From a bacterium (GTDB taxonomy: Bacteria > Patescibacteriota > Minisyncoccia > Phycocordibacterales > CALRBL01), in contig JAIYEG010000002.1 of the NCBI GenBank assembly GCA_027487075.1, forward strand, positions 79,202 through 143,201: a stretch of DNA of 64,000 bases. The letters run 5' to 3'. Shown one piece after another: positions 38,877 through 48,762 of this stretch (its first letter is position 1; every line of letters begins with the position of its first letter). Both the position numbers and the translations under genes were made by a program. The notes under the pieces were generated by a model. It did not search any database and was not told where the DNA came from. It saw only the letters and a program-made list of their open reading frames with translations.

Positions 38877-40116
38877 ATATATTATTTCCCGCAACAAACC
38901 CCGTCGTCCAGCAGAGCTGCAGGCTGTACCCGCCGCTTGGCCTATCAATATTCAAAATATCTCCCACGAGGTAAAGATTCGGGAAGAACCGTGACTGCAT
39001 AGTCTTGAAATCTACTTCATCGAGCTTCACGCCGCCTGAGGTCACGATGGCCTGGTCTGTTCCTAAAAGTCCTTCTACATGAAGCGGGATATTCTTGAGC
39101 GTCTGGATGAGCTTGATGCGTTGTTCACGTGTGATATTGCTGTTGGTGGTATCAAGATCAATTCCTGAAAGCGTGAGTACCGGCTCGACGAGTGTCGAAA
39201 GTATGATCGTGCCAAGCGCATTCTTCAGCTTCTTTTTATTCTCTTTTGCAAAAAGTTCCATGAGCATCGTATTGATGCGGTCATGACCTTGGTTGGGAAG
39301 GAGATCGAGCCCGATCACCACCTCGCCATATTTCAACAGCTCGCCGACATCCTGGCTCATATTGAGCACCATCGGTCCAGAAACTCCGAAATGCGTGAAG
39401 AGTACACGCCCCGTCTTTTTGCTCACCGCGCTTTCTTGCTTCACGCCATTTTGAAACAGCGTCAGTCGGACCTCCTGAAGCGTCGCTCCTTGGAGTTTCT
39501 TGGTCCACTCATCTTTGAGTGCTACGGGCACGAGCACCGCTTGAGGCTCGATGACGGTGTGGCCGATCTGCTTCAACCATTCGAAACCATCACCCGTCGA
39601 TCCTGTTTCTGGCCGAGACTTTCCGCCGGTTGCCAGTACATATGATTTTGCCTTGAGGATTTCGCCGCCTTTGAGGGTGACACCTACGATCTCTGACCCT
39701 TCCTTAACAAACCCCGTCACCTCTGCATTTGAACGCACCTCGACGCTTTGCGATCGCATATATTCCACAAGTACATCCCACACCGACTGCGCTTTGTCCG
39801 TGACAGGGAAGACGCGTTTCTCGTTTTCCACTTTGGTCTCCATGTCGCGCAGATGAAAGAACTCAAGCGACTCCTTGACGCTGTATTGTGAGAATGCCGA
39901 GAACAGATACTTGCCATCATCCTTGAATTTGGCGAGGAGTGCGCGGTCATCGAACTCGGCATTAGTCACATTACAACGTCCGCCACCAGTGATGAGGAGT
40001 TTTTTGCCGAGAGTGTCATTTTTCTCGAGCAGCAACACCGAAAGGCCGCGCTCCGCAGCGCGTCCAGCTGCCATCATGCCCGATGGCCCGCCTCCGATGA
40101 CGATTACATCGTACAT
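38875..40116 (-). CDS. HI0933/YhiN/BaiN-family flavoprotein
   Basis: GGGPSG, ITGGGRCNVTN, LFTHFGVSGP, VTSGGV, GGYSLQ. Confidence 0.93.
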   Translation of the reverse strand: MYDVIVIGGGPSGMMAAGRAAERGLSVLLLEKNDTLGKKLLITGGGRCNVTNAEFDDRALLAKFKDDGKYLFSAFSQYSVKESLEFFHLRDMETKVENEKRVFPVTDKAQSVWDVLVEYMRSQSVEVRSNAEVTGFVKEGSEIVGVTLKGGEILKAKSYVLATGGKSRPETGSTGDGFEWLKQIGHTVIEPQAVLVPVALKDEWTKKLQGATLQEVRLTLFQNGVKQESAVSKKTGRVLFTHFGVSGPMVLNMSQDVGELLKYGEVVIGLDLLPNQGHDRINTMLMELFAKENKKKLKNALGTIILSTLVEPVLTLSGIDLDTTNSNITREQRIKLIQTLKNIPLHVEGLLGTDQAIVTSGGVKLDEVDFKTMQSRFFPNLYLVGDILNIDRPSGGYSLQLCWTTGFVAGNNI

Positions 40117-40165
40117 ACGCCCATCCTAGCATAGTGCCCTCAATATCTGTTATAGTAGGGGTATT

Positions 40166-40621
40166 ATGACATCAACACACGAATTACCATCAGAATTATA
40201 CGGGGTTGAAAAGTGGAAGAAGATGGCTCTTGATAATGAGCTCATTTCTCAAGAAGAGGCGACACAGATTGAATCAACGAAGGATCTAGGAATACTCGCG
40301 AAACATCATGCAGAGTTACTCAAAAGCAAGTTGCATGAATCTCCGTTTTTTGCTATCGGCTCAGGTGAACAAATGGAACTTTCATTTGAAAGAAGTCAGT
40401 TACTTGATTTTCGCTTCAAGACAATCTTTGGATATTCTCAAGCTGAATTTTATCTGCAACTTGATACGGTTATTGAGAATCTAGGTAAAGTTACTTCAAA
40501 TGAAGAAGTGAGCGAAGAAACATCAGGGAATTATTTTCTCATTATCCTTCGCACCCTTTACGACATTGCAAAGAAAGTTGCAGAAACTCACGAACACGGA
40601 TACGAGACACCCCAAGCTTAA
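40166..40621 (+). CDS. hypothetical protein
   Basis: 151-aa ORF with TGnTATAGT upstream. Confidence 0.7.
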   Translation: MTSTHELPSELYGVEKWKKMALDNELISQEEATQIESTKDLGILAKHHAELLKSKLHESPFFAIGSGEQMELSFERSQLLDFRFKTIFGYSQAEFYLQLDTVIENLGKVTSNEEVSEETSGNYFLIILRTLYDIAKKVAETHEHGYETPQA

Positions 40622-40624
40622 CCT

Positions 40625-41569
40625 ATGCAGAAAACCCTCCTTTCAGGTGTAAAACCAACAGGACGACCACACATTGGCAACTATTTCGGTGCCATGAAGC
40701 AATTTGTGGATCTTCAACATGACTACAAAACATACGTCATGATTGCTGATTATCATGCGCTCATATCGACTCATAACAAAGAGCAGCTTCACCAAGATCT
40801 CCTCGATCTCATGATTGACTACCTTGCAATTGGTCTTGACCCTGAGAAGTGTGTCATCTTCAAACAATCTGATGTATCAGAGCACACCGAGCTTGCGTGG
40901 ATTTTCAACTGTTTGACCACTATGCCATATCTCATGCGTGCACACGCCTACAAAGATGCAGAAGCAAAAGGAAAAGAGGTGAATGTAGGACTCTTCGGAT
41001 ATCCTGTACTTATGGGGGCAGACATCCTTTTGTATGATGTCGACACCGTACCTATCGGTATCGACAACAAGCAACACCTCGAAATCGCACGAGAACTCGC
41101 ACGAAAATTCAACACCACCTTCACTGAGGTCTTCAAAGAACCTACCGAAGCGATTGTTCCTGAGGTTGCCACCGTCCCCGGCATCGACGGACAAAAAATG
41201 TCAAAGAGCTACAACAACACCATTCCGCTTTTTGCATCCGATGAAGAGATAAAGAAGCAAGTGATGGCAATTGTGACCGACTCAGGCTCAGACATTCCAA
41301 AAAATGTGTATGCCATCCACGCACTCATCAAACCAAAAGAGGAGCTCGACGCACTCTACGAAGCCAACAAAGGCAAGTACAAAGTCCTCAAGGACGCACT
41401 CATCGACGACCTCATCGCATTCATCGCACCACTTCGTGAAAAACGCAAAGCATGGGAGAATAGAATCGACGACGTAAAAGAGATACTCCGAAAAGGTGGC
41501 GAAGAAGCCAAAAAGACCGCATCAGAAAAGATGAAGAAAGTGAGGGAAGCAATCGGAGTGACGTTGTAG
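40625..41569 (+). CDS. trpS: tryptophan--tRNA ligase
   Basis: SGVKPTGRPHIGNY, YPVLMGADIL, KMSKSY. Confidence 0.97.
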   Translation: MQKTLLSGVKPTGRPHIGNYFGAMKQFVDLQHDYKTYVMIADYHALISTHNKEQLHQDLLDLMIDYLAIGLDPEKCVIFKQSDVSEHTELAWIFNCLTTMPYLMRAHAYKDAEAKGKEVNVGLFGYPVLMGADILLYDVDTVPIGIDNKQHLEIARELARKFNTTFTEVFKEPTEAIVPEVATVPGIDGQKMSKSYNNTIPLFASDEEIKKQVMAIVTDSGSDIPKNVYAIHALIKPKEELDALYEANKGKYKVLKDALIDDLIAFIAPLREKRKAWENRIDDVKEILRKGGEEAKKTASEKMKKVREAIGVTL

Positions 41570-41575
41570 TTACAT

Positions 41576-43366
41576 ATGCAAAAAGTAACAGACGTTCTTA
41601 TCAATGCCAAGCGGCTCAATGCAATCTTGTGGAAGAACCGCAAGAGCTTTTTGCTATTCTCTATCGTATTCTCCATCATCAGTGCCCTCATTCCGTATGC
41701 AACATCGGGAGTGAACGCACTTCTCGTCAATCATCTCACTACGACTGCGGGGGCGGGCATTTCAGATACACTTCTCGTCCTCGCTCTCACCTCAGCCATC
41801 CTTTTCTTCATCCCAGACATCGTCAGCTCAATCAATACATGGGTAGAAAAACGCATTTGGGTCGACATCGGCCAAATCATTCAACTTCAGTACCTCAAGA
41901 AAAAGGGAGAGATTGATATTCAAACCTACGAAGACCCTAAATTTCTTGATACGCTCAACAAAGCAGAAGATCGTGGTGTGTGGCCGACCACAAACTTTCT
42001 TAGCCTTCAATTCAACGCATTCGGCAATATCATTGGCCTCATCACAGGACTTGGGATTCTCTTGTTCTTCAACTGGATGATCTGTCTTCTCATCATTATT
42101 GCTATCATTCCTCAATTTATCGTGGAGATTAAGTTCAACAACGACACATGGGGAATTTGGAATGCAGATGCTGCAACCCGCCGAAGATTCAATAATCTGC
42201 GTGATCATTTCGAACAAAAGAATTGGCTCATTGAGCTCAAACTCTTCCAGAATGTACACCTATTCTACACACAAATCAAAGAGATTCTCATTTCATTTAA
42301 TGACAAACAACGAAACATCGAGCGTACCAAACTTTTCTTTGAAATTGGTTCGACCATACTAAGTGGAGCAATCATCGGTGGTGTCATCATCTGGGTAGTC
42401 CTCAATGTTGCTAAGGGGGACTCAAGTATTGGCGCTCTTTTGTTTCTCATGACTTCTATTAGCCAACTTCAAGGTTCACTCATCGCATTCCTCAGCCGTC
42501 TTGCACGTCTTCACGAATACAGCTTGTATTGTGCAGACATATTTAAGGTACTCAGTACTTCACCCGCACTTCCGCGTGCTCAGCATCCTGTCACCCTCAC
42601 GGGAGAAACTCCTGAAATCATCTTTGAGAACGTCTCATTCGCATATCCCTCAAGCCCTGAAAAGCTCACGCTCGAACACATTTCACTCACCATTCGCAAA
42701 GGAGAGAAATTTGCGCTGGTAGGAGAAAACGGTGCAGGGAAGACCACCTTCGTGAAGCTTTTGTGCCGTATCTACGATCCCACCGAGGGACGTATTCTCG
42801 TCGATGGTGTTGACCTTCGCAAAATCGACCTCGAGAGCTGGTACAAGACCTTGGGAATTTTGTTCCAAGAATATGCGCCGTATAAGTTTGCAGTGAAGGA
42901 CTCCATTGCACTTGGTCGTTCAGATGACCCCTTCGACTTTGAGCGTATTCAAAATGCTGCACTTGCCAGTGAGTCTGATAGCTTTATCCAACAGTGGCCA
43001 CAGAAGTACGATCAACAGCTTGGCACAGAGTTTGATCAAGGAATCGACCCATCAAAAGGTCAACAACAACGTCTTGCTATTGCTCGCCTCATGCACCGCA
43101 AAGCAGGAGTGCTTATTCTTGATGAGCCGACCGCTGCTATCGACGCAGAAGCAGAGAAGAAGATTTTTGACCAAATCGAACGAGAGGCGAAGAACCAGAC
43201 CGTCATTCTTATTTCTCACAAGTTTTCAACGGTAAAGAACGCAGATCGTATCTGCGTATTCAAAGGAAAGACCGTGCATGAGATGGGTTCACACGAGGAA
43301 TTGCTTCGTAAGAAAGGGACGTATGCGAGGTTGTTTAGTGAGCAAGCGGAGGCGTATACTATCTAA
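41576..43366 (+). CDS. ABC exporter, fused TMD-NBD
   Basis: TM domain, GENGAGKT, ILDEPT; the signature reads PSKGQ rather than LSGGQ. Confidence 0.92.
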   Translation: MQKVTDVLINAKRLNAILWKNRKSFLLFSIVFSIISALIPYATSGVNALLVNHLTTTAGAGISDTLLVLALTSAILFFIPDIVSSINTWVEKRIWVDIGQIIQLQYLKKKGEIDIQTYEDPKFLDTLNKAEDRGVWPTTNFLSLQFNAFGNIIGLITGLGILLFFNWMICLLIIIAIIPQFIVEIKFNNDTWGIWNADAATRRRFNNLRDHFEQKNWLIELKLFQNVHLFYTQIKEILISFNDKQRNIERTKLFFEIGSTILSGAIIGGVIIWVVLNVAKGDSSIGALLFLMTSISQLQGSLIAFLSRLARLHEYSLYCADIFKVLSTSPALPRAQHPVTLTGETPEIIFENVSFAYPSSPEKLTLEHISLTIRKGEKFALVGENGAGKTTFVKLLCRIYDPTEGRILVDGVDLRKIDLESWYKTLGILFQEYAPYKFAVKDSIALGRSDDPFDFERIQNAALASESDSFIQQWPQKYDQQLGTEFDQGIDPSKGQQQRLAIARLMHRKAGVLILDEPTAAIDAEAEKKIFDQIEREAKNQTVILISHKFSTVKNADRICVFKGKTVHEMGSHEELLRKKGTYARLFSEQAEAYTI

Positions 43367-43367
43367 T

Positions 43368-44960
43368 ATGAAAACTGGAAAGGCTGAATCACTCGAACAA
43401 ATGAAGAAAGCCGGTTTCAATGTGCCTGATTTTTTTATTGTTGAGCAGAGGCCAACCAAAGAAACAAGTGACACATTTCTCGCCAAGTTTGACGCGCTTA
43501 AGACCAAAAGTGTTGCAGTACGATCTTCAACAAATGTTGAAGATGGGGAACATAATTCTTGGGCAGGGCAGTTCACTTCACACTTGAATGTGGCAAAAGA
43601 AAATCTTATTGAGAAAATAAATAGTTGTTTTGATTCAGTTCATACAACAAACGTTACATCATATAAAAATTCATTTGGTATAGAGAAGGAGATTAGTATG
43701 AATGTTATCGTTCAAAAAATGATTCATGCTGACTATGCAGGTGTAGCATTTTCAGTAAATCCGATAACTAAAAAATCTGATGTTTTAATTGAAGTTGTTA
43801 AAGGTACTGGTGAATCACTAGTTTCTGGCAAAGTAACCCCCCAAACATATCACATTGATAAGACAACTAAACAAATTGATATTGTTAGTAGTGATTCTTC
43901 AGATACCCTAAATTCATTTCCGATTTTACAACTATTTGAAATTATTTTAAAAATAGAATCATTTTATAACTTTCCGTGTGACATTGAATGGGCATACGAA
44001 AAAGATACTTTTTATATTCTCCAATGTCGCCCTATAACAACTATTAAGGACACTGACTTAATCGAAAGTTATATTGCAACACAAAGAATGATCTCACTCG
44101 GTACCCGAGGCCCTGATACACTTGAAGCAAAACTTAAAATAATGGGATGGTCAACAAATTTTAAGAAGGAGTTTGGGGTTGGTTACCGTACCATAGTTAT
44201 CAATTCTGAAGGTAAGCAATACGGTGATTTTGAGAGTCTTGAAAAGATTGATTTCTTTTTTGATAACAGGGATATTTCTTTTGCAAAAAAGTACATCAAG
44301 AAAATGTCAGATTTAAATAGCGACCTGAATGATAAAATATTAAGATTTCCTGATGAAGAATTTATTGAAGAACTTTCTTATCTTTTTACCTACTTTAGCG
44401 CAATTCGTTGGACAATAGAAAATGTTTACAAAAAATCTTCAGCAGAAGATAAAAAATTAATTGATGATTGGAGAAACGACGAAACTATATTTTCGTCACT
44501 GGAGTTATATGGAAAAGTTCACCCTCTTTCTGATCCAGATTCTTGGAGTGTAGTGGGAATCGATGACCAGATCACCATCTTACCAAAAGTAATTAACTGC
44601 GCCATTAAAAGTGAGGCATCCTCTTCTCATGAAATTAAGGGTCAGACAGCTTATCCCGGTATAATTTCTGGCACAGCAAGAGTTGCACTAACGGACGAAA
44701 TTAGAGATTCGATTAAAGAGGGAGATATTATTGTAGCACCGATGACAACGCTCGATTTTACCCACGCCATGTCAATTGCAGCAGGCTTTGTTACTGATGA
44801 AGGTGGAATTACCTGCCATGCGGCTATAGTTGCGAGAGAATTGAAGAAACCTTGCATCATTGGAACACGTAACGGTACTCAAATAATTAAGGATGGTGAC
44901 ATTGTTGAGCTTGATGCAACTAACGGAATTGTGAGAATACTTAATGTACCGGAAGCATAG
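43368..44960 (+). CDS. PEP/pyruvate-binding (ATP-grasp) plus swivel phospho-His domain protein (rifampin-phosphotransferase-like architecture)
   Basis: AVRSS...ED...SWAG, DIEWA, LQCRPIT, GGITCHAAIVARE. Confidence 0.85.
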   Translation: MKTGKAESLEQMKKAGFNVPDFFIVEQRPTKETSDTFLAKFDALKTKSVAVRSSTNVEDGEHNSWAGQFTSHLNVAKENLIEKINSCFDSVHTTNVTSYKNSFGIEKEISMNVIVQKMIHADYAGVAFSVNPITKKSDVLIEVVKGTGESLVSGKVTPQTYHIDKTTKQIDIVSSDSSDTLNSFPILQLFEIILKIESFYNFPCDIEWAYEKDTFYILQCRPITTIKDTDLIESYIATQRMISLGTRGPDTLEAKLKIMGWSTNFKKEFGVGYRTIVINSEGKQYGDFESLEKIDFFFDNRDISFAKKYIKKMSDLNSDLNDKILRFPDEEFIEELSYLFTYFSAIRWTIENVYKKSSAEDKKLIDDWRNDETIFSSLELYGKVHPLSDPDSWSVVGIDDQITILPKVINCAIKSEASSSHEIKGQTAYPGIISGTARVALTDEIRDSIKEGDIIVAPMTTLDFTHAMSIAAGFVTDEGGITCHAAIVARELKKPCIIGTRNGTQIIKDGDIVELDATNGIVRILNVPEA

Positions 44961-45009
44961 CATACTTGACCTCTGTAAGCAAATGTGACCTTTTTACGTC
45001 TATCGTTAT

Positions 45010-45915
45010 ATGCTTACCATAACAAAGATACCAAGAGGAAATGAGGGACACGAAGTAATTGAGTGTTTTTTGAAAACAAAAAAGGTAAGCTCTATCTTCT
45101 TTTGTTCTCCCTTTACAATTCAAACATGGCTAAATACTGAGATAAAAGAGCTTTACCTTGCGAGTTTTAGAAATGAAAAGATACTTTTGGTCTATGACAT
45201 TAAAAGAAAGAAAGATGTGCGCTTCTTGCTTGAATATCCATCCGATGAATTTATGAGAAGCGTCATCGAATACTTCGATGCAAAGTATATTGGAGTTAAT
45301 GAGCTTCATCATATTCCACCCCACATTGAAAATCCCCATGATCAATGTGACGATTATTTAGTTGATGTTGCTACTGTTGAAGGAATGTTCGATGGGATGG
45401 TACGTAGAGAATATAACAGATGTGTGAGACGACACCCAAGAATCTTTTTCAAAGAAGTTGAAAACAGCGATAGAGTCGCTATAAAATTGTTTCTTGAAAA
45501 ATGGCTTTATACCCGTACTGACGAACAGAATAAATTCTCTCGTATTTCGAATGAACTCTATTTTATTGATTCTTATCTTGATAATCCCCAAGCATATGGT
45601 GGTGTAGTTTATGATGGCGATCAGATTGTGGCACTTACTTTTTTTGTGCAATCGATGATAGAGGGTGTAGCTCTTTCAACCACCAGCAAAGTGTTAAGGG
45701 GCTATACAAAGCTAGGAACATATCTTTCCGTGGAACAGGCAAAAATGTTAAAGAAAAAAGGATTCAATAAGGTAAATATCGGGAAAATGAATAACGAATT
45801 TAAGAGAAAATTCTTGCTAAATGCCACCCCTCTCAGTATATACGCTTACGAAGCGTGGATTAAGGAGGGCTGGAAATTTACTTCGAATTTTCTTCAGAGA
45901 GGACTTATCATGTAA
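45010..45915 (+). CDS. GNAT/DUF2156-like protein
   Basis: AT-rich 301-aa ORF; KVLRGYTKLG...VNIG...FKRK resembles a GNAT/FemX-type C-terminal domain. Confidence 0.5.
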   Translation: MLTITKIPRGNEGHEVIECFLKTKKVSSIFFCSPFTIQTWLNTEIKELYLASFRNEKILLVYDIKRKKDVRFLLEYPSDEFMRSVIEYFDAKYIGVNELHHIPPHIENPHDQCDDYLVDVATVEGMFDGMVRREYNRCVRRHPRIFFKEVENSDRVAIKLFLEKWLYTRTDEQNKFSRISNELYFIDSYLDNPQAYGGVVYDGDQIVALTFFVQSMIEGVALSTTSKVLRGYTKLGTYLSVEQAKMLKKKGFNKVNIGKMNNEFKRKFLLNATPLSIYAYEAWIKEGWKFTSNFLQRGLIM

Positions 45916-46076
45916 ATAAAACACATCACCAAAAGGGATAGTGAATACAAGCGACTATATGAACTTCAGATTGGTTTGCATGAGTAAAAAAATTGACAAA
46001 CCCTTGATACTTTCTTCGGATGTACTTGAGCCCTTTTCTTTATTATAGTGAGTATTATCATTAGCATATATTCGCC

Positions 46077-46294
46077 ATGACCACTACAACTGAACAAGTA
46101 CTGATCAAGGAAATCCGCACCATGACATTAACAGCCTCAAGAGCGATGTGTCGGACATCCGATCTGGTATACACACACTTAATGCACAGAAAGAACAGCA
46201 TTTCACCGACATCATGTCGACTCTCCAGCATGGTGGCACCTTCTTCCAAGATCATGAGGGTCGGATCACTGTTCTCGAAGAATCTCGCCCCTAA
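46077..46294 (+). pseudogene. frameshifted small coiled-coil protein
   Basis: MTTTTEQVLIKEIRT continues in the -1 frame as HDINSLKSDVSDIRSG...QDHEGRITVLEESRP*. Confidence 0.45.
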
Positions 46295-46320
46295 GCCCTT
46301 TTTCTGCTATATTCAGGGCT

Positions 46321-47736
46321 ATGAACAACGATACACGTACGTACATAAAAGACCTCAGTGGCAAGGTGGGGAATGAAGTCACCATCAAGGGATGGGTGGA
46401 TATTCGTCGCGACCAAGGAAAACTTATTTTCCTCGATTTTCGTGACATGACGGGCAAGGTGCAGGGAGTGATTCTCCCTAATGCAAAAGAAGCGCACGAA
46501 GTGGGTACTCAGCTCCGCTCTGAATGGGTGGTAGAAGTGAAGGGGAAGGTAAATCCTCGTCCAGAAAAAAACGTGCAGAAGGACAAGCTCAACGGCGACA
46601 TCGAGCTCGAAATTCTTTCGATCACCATTTTGAACCAGGCAGAAACTCCAGGATTCGACATCGGAAACGATACCCGTGTCGTCAACGAAGACACTCGCCT
46701 CGAACAACGCTACCTCGATCTCCGCAGTGAACGTCTTCAAAACAACATTCGCGCTCGCCACAAAGCCATCAAGCTCGTACGTGATGTACTCGACACAGAA
46801 GGCTTCATCGAAATTGAGACCCCACTCCTCACCAAATCAACTCCTGAAGGTGCCCGCGACTTCATCGTGCCGTCACGCCTCGAACGTGGCACCTTCTACG
46901 CACTTCCTCAGTCACCGCAGCAGTACAAGCAGCTCCTCATGGCTGCTGGCATGGAAAAATATTTCCAGATCGCACGTTGCATGCGTGATGAAGACACGCG
47001 TGGAGACCGTCAGCCAGAGTTTACTCAGCTCGATATGGAGATGAGCTTCGTGCGCGAAGACGACATTATGGCGTTGAACGAAAAACTCCTCATCGAGCTC
47101 GTCACCAAGCTTTATCCTCACAAGAAAATCCAAGAAATCCCATTCCCACGCATTTCATACAAGGACGCTATGGAAAAGTACGGCAATGACCGCCCTGACA
47201 TCCGTACCAACAAAGAAGATCCGAACTTGCTCGCATTCTGCTGGGTGGTAGATTTCCCGATGTTCGAAAAGAACGACCAAGGAGGCTGGACTTTCACCCA
47301 CAATCCGTTCTCAGCAACTCAAAAAGACCACGAGGAGGCTCTCATGAATGCAAAAGCAGATGACGCCAACCTCACCCACATTAAAGCTGCACAGTACGAC
47401 ATCGTCCTCAACGGCTATGAGATCGGTGGCGGGAGCGTGCGCAATCACGACCCTGAAAAACTCCTCAAGGTATTTGAGATTATGGGATACGAGCGCTCAA
47501 ACGTTGAACAGAACTTTGGTCACATGCTCAAAGCTTTTCGTTCAGGAACACCACCACACGGGGGTATTGCATGGGGTTTTGACCGCCTCATGATGCTCCT
47601 TCAGAACGAGCCAAACATCCGCGAAGTGATCGCATTTCCTAAAACAGGGGAGGGTCGTGATCCGATGATGAAGAGTCCTGATACTGTTTCTGAGGCGCAG
47701 CTTCGAGAGCTCGGTATTGACATAAAGCAAAAATAA
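46321..47736 (+). CDS. aspS: aspartate--tRNA ligase (short, GAD domain absent)
   Basis: ALPQSPQQYKQLLM, RQPEFTQLD, PPHGGIAWGFDR; 471 aa. Confidence 0.96.
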   Translation: MNNDTRTYIKDLSGKVGNEVTIKGWVDIRRDQGKLIFLDFRDMTGKVQGVILPNAKEAHEVGTQLRSEWVVEVKGKVNPRPEKNVQKDKLNGDIELEILSITILNQAETPGFDIGNDTRVVNEDTRLEQRYLDLRSERLQNNIRARHKAIKLVRDVLDTEGFIEIETPLLTKSTPEGARDFIVPSRLERGTFYALPQSPQQYKQLLMAAGMEKYFQIARCMRDEDTRGDRQPEFTQLDMEMSFVREDDIMALNEKLLIELVTKLYPHKKIQEIPFPRISYKDAMEKYGNDRPDIRTNKEDPNLLAFCWVVDFPMFEKNDQGGWTFTHNPFSATQKDHEEALMNAKADDANLTHIKAAQYDIVLNGYEIGGGSVRNHDPEKLLKVFEIMGYERSNVEQNFGHMLKAFRSGTPPHGGIAWGFDRLMMLLQNEPNIREVIAFPKTGEGRDPMMKSPDTVSEAQLRELGIDIKQK

Positions 47737-47751
47737 CTTAATACTTATTCC

Positions 47752-48009
47752 ATGCCAACAAAATCAAATTCAGCATTTATGAAGCCTATGACCATCAGCG
47801 CCGATTTGGCTGCTGTTGTGGGAAAGGGTCCAATGCCTCGTTCAGAAGTTACTAAAAACATTTGGGCTTACATCAAGAAGAATGGTCTTCAGGATGCAAA
47901 GAACAAGCGAAACATCAACGCAGACGAGAACCTCAAGAAGGTCTTCGGTGGAAAGGCTACTGTAAGCATGTTCGAAATGACCAAGCTTCTTTCAAAGCAC
48001 CTTTCATAA
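47752..48009 (+). CDS. SWIB/MDM2 domain protein
   Basis: PRSEVTKNIWAYIKKNGLQD...VSMFEM. Confidence 0.93.
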   Translation: MPTKSNSAFMKPMTISADLAAVVGKGPMPRSEVTKNIWAYIKKNGLQDAKNKRNINADENLKKVFGGKATVSMFEMTKLLSKHLS

Positions 48010-48095
48010 AGATTTTACTTACCTGTATACAGCAAAGCCGCTTGCCGTAAGGTGAGCGGTTTTGTGTGATGCATGTTCTGCGATATACTTCACCC

Positions 48096-48491
48096 ATGTC
48101 GTGCATCTTCTGTAACATTATTTCCGGTTCGATTCCCGCATACAAAGTGTACGAGGATACCGACACACTTGCATTTCTTGATATTCATCCGATCAACCCT
48201 GGTCATGTACTCGTTATTCCGAAAGTTCATGTTCCCGAATTCCAAGACCTCGATGATGAAATCTATACCAAGACAATGAACACGGTGAAGAAGATGGCAC
48301 AGAACCTCACAAAACTTGAACCAAAACGTATAGGGCTCAAAGTAGAGGGATGGGATGTGTCACACGCACATATCCACGTGGTACCACTTCTTGATCCACA
48401 CGATATCACTTCAAAGCGAGCAGTAGAGGGAACACTCCTCAATCCAACAAAAGAAGAACTTGAGGCTATATTACTGAAACTAACCACATAA
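48096..48491 (+). CDS. HIT family protein
   Basis: CIFC, GHVLVIPK, HAHIHVVP. Confidence 0.93.
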   Translation: MSCIFCNIISGSIPAYKVYEDTDTLAFLDIHPINPGHVLVIPKVHVPEFQDLDDEIYTKTMNTVKKMAQNLTKLEPKRIGLKVEGWDVSHAHIHVVPLLDPHDITSKRAVEGTLLNPTKEELEAILLKLTT

Positions 48492-48500
48492 CTATTTACC

Positions 48501-48752
48501 ATGGAACAATTGAGAATGAATGACGGCTTCGAAAACAGTAGTGAGAAAGAGCCAAAACGGTCTTTTATCGTGATTGATTTTGAAAATGAGGATGACCCTA
48601 AAGTTGTTTTTGGTGGGGAAGCAACATCTGAAGATGAAGCAAAAGAAATTATCGAACGCGAAAAGGGAATCGTCATTGATTTTGAAAAGAATCCAAACAT
48701 CGAAATTGCCTTTCAAACAGGAGATGACAATGAATGGCAAAAGGCCGCATAA
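48501..48752 (+). CDS. small acidic protein with internal repeat
   Basis: IVIDFE occurs twice. Confidence 0.65.
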   Translation: MEQLRMNDGFENSSEKEPKRSFIVIDFENEDDPKVVFGGEATSEDEAKEIIEREKGIVIDFEKNPNIEIAFQTGDDNEWQKAA

Positions 48753-48762
48753 CACCTAACCA

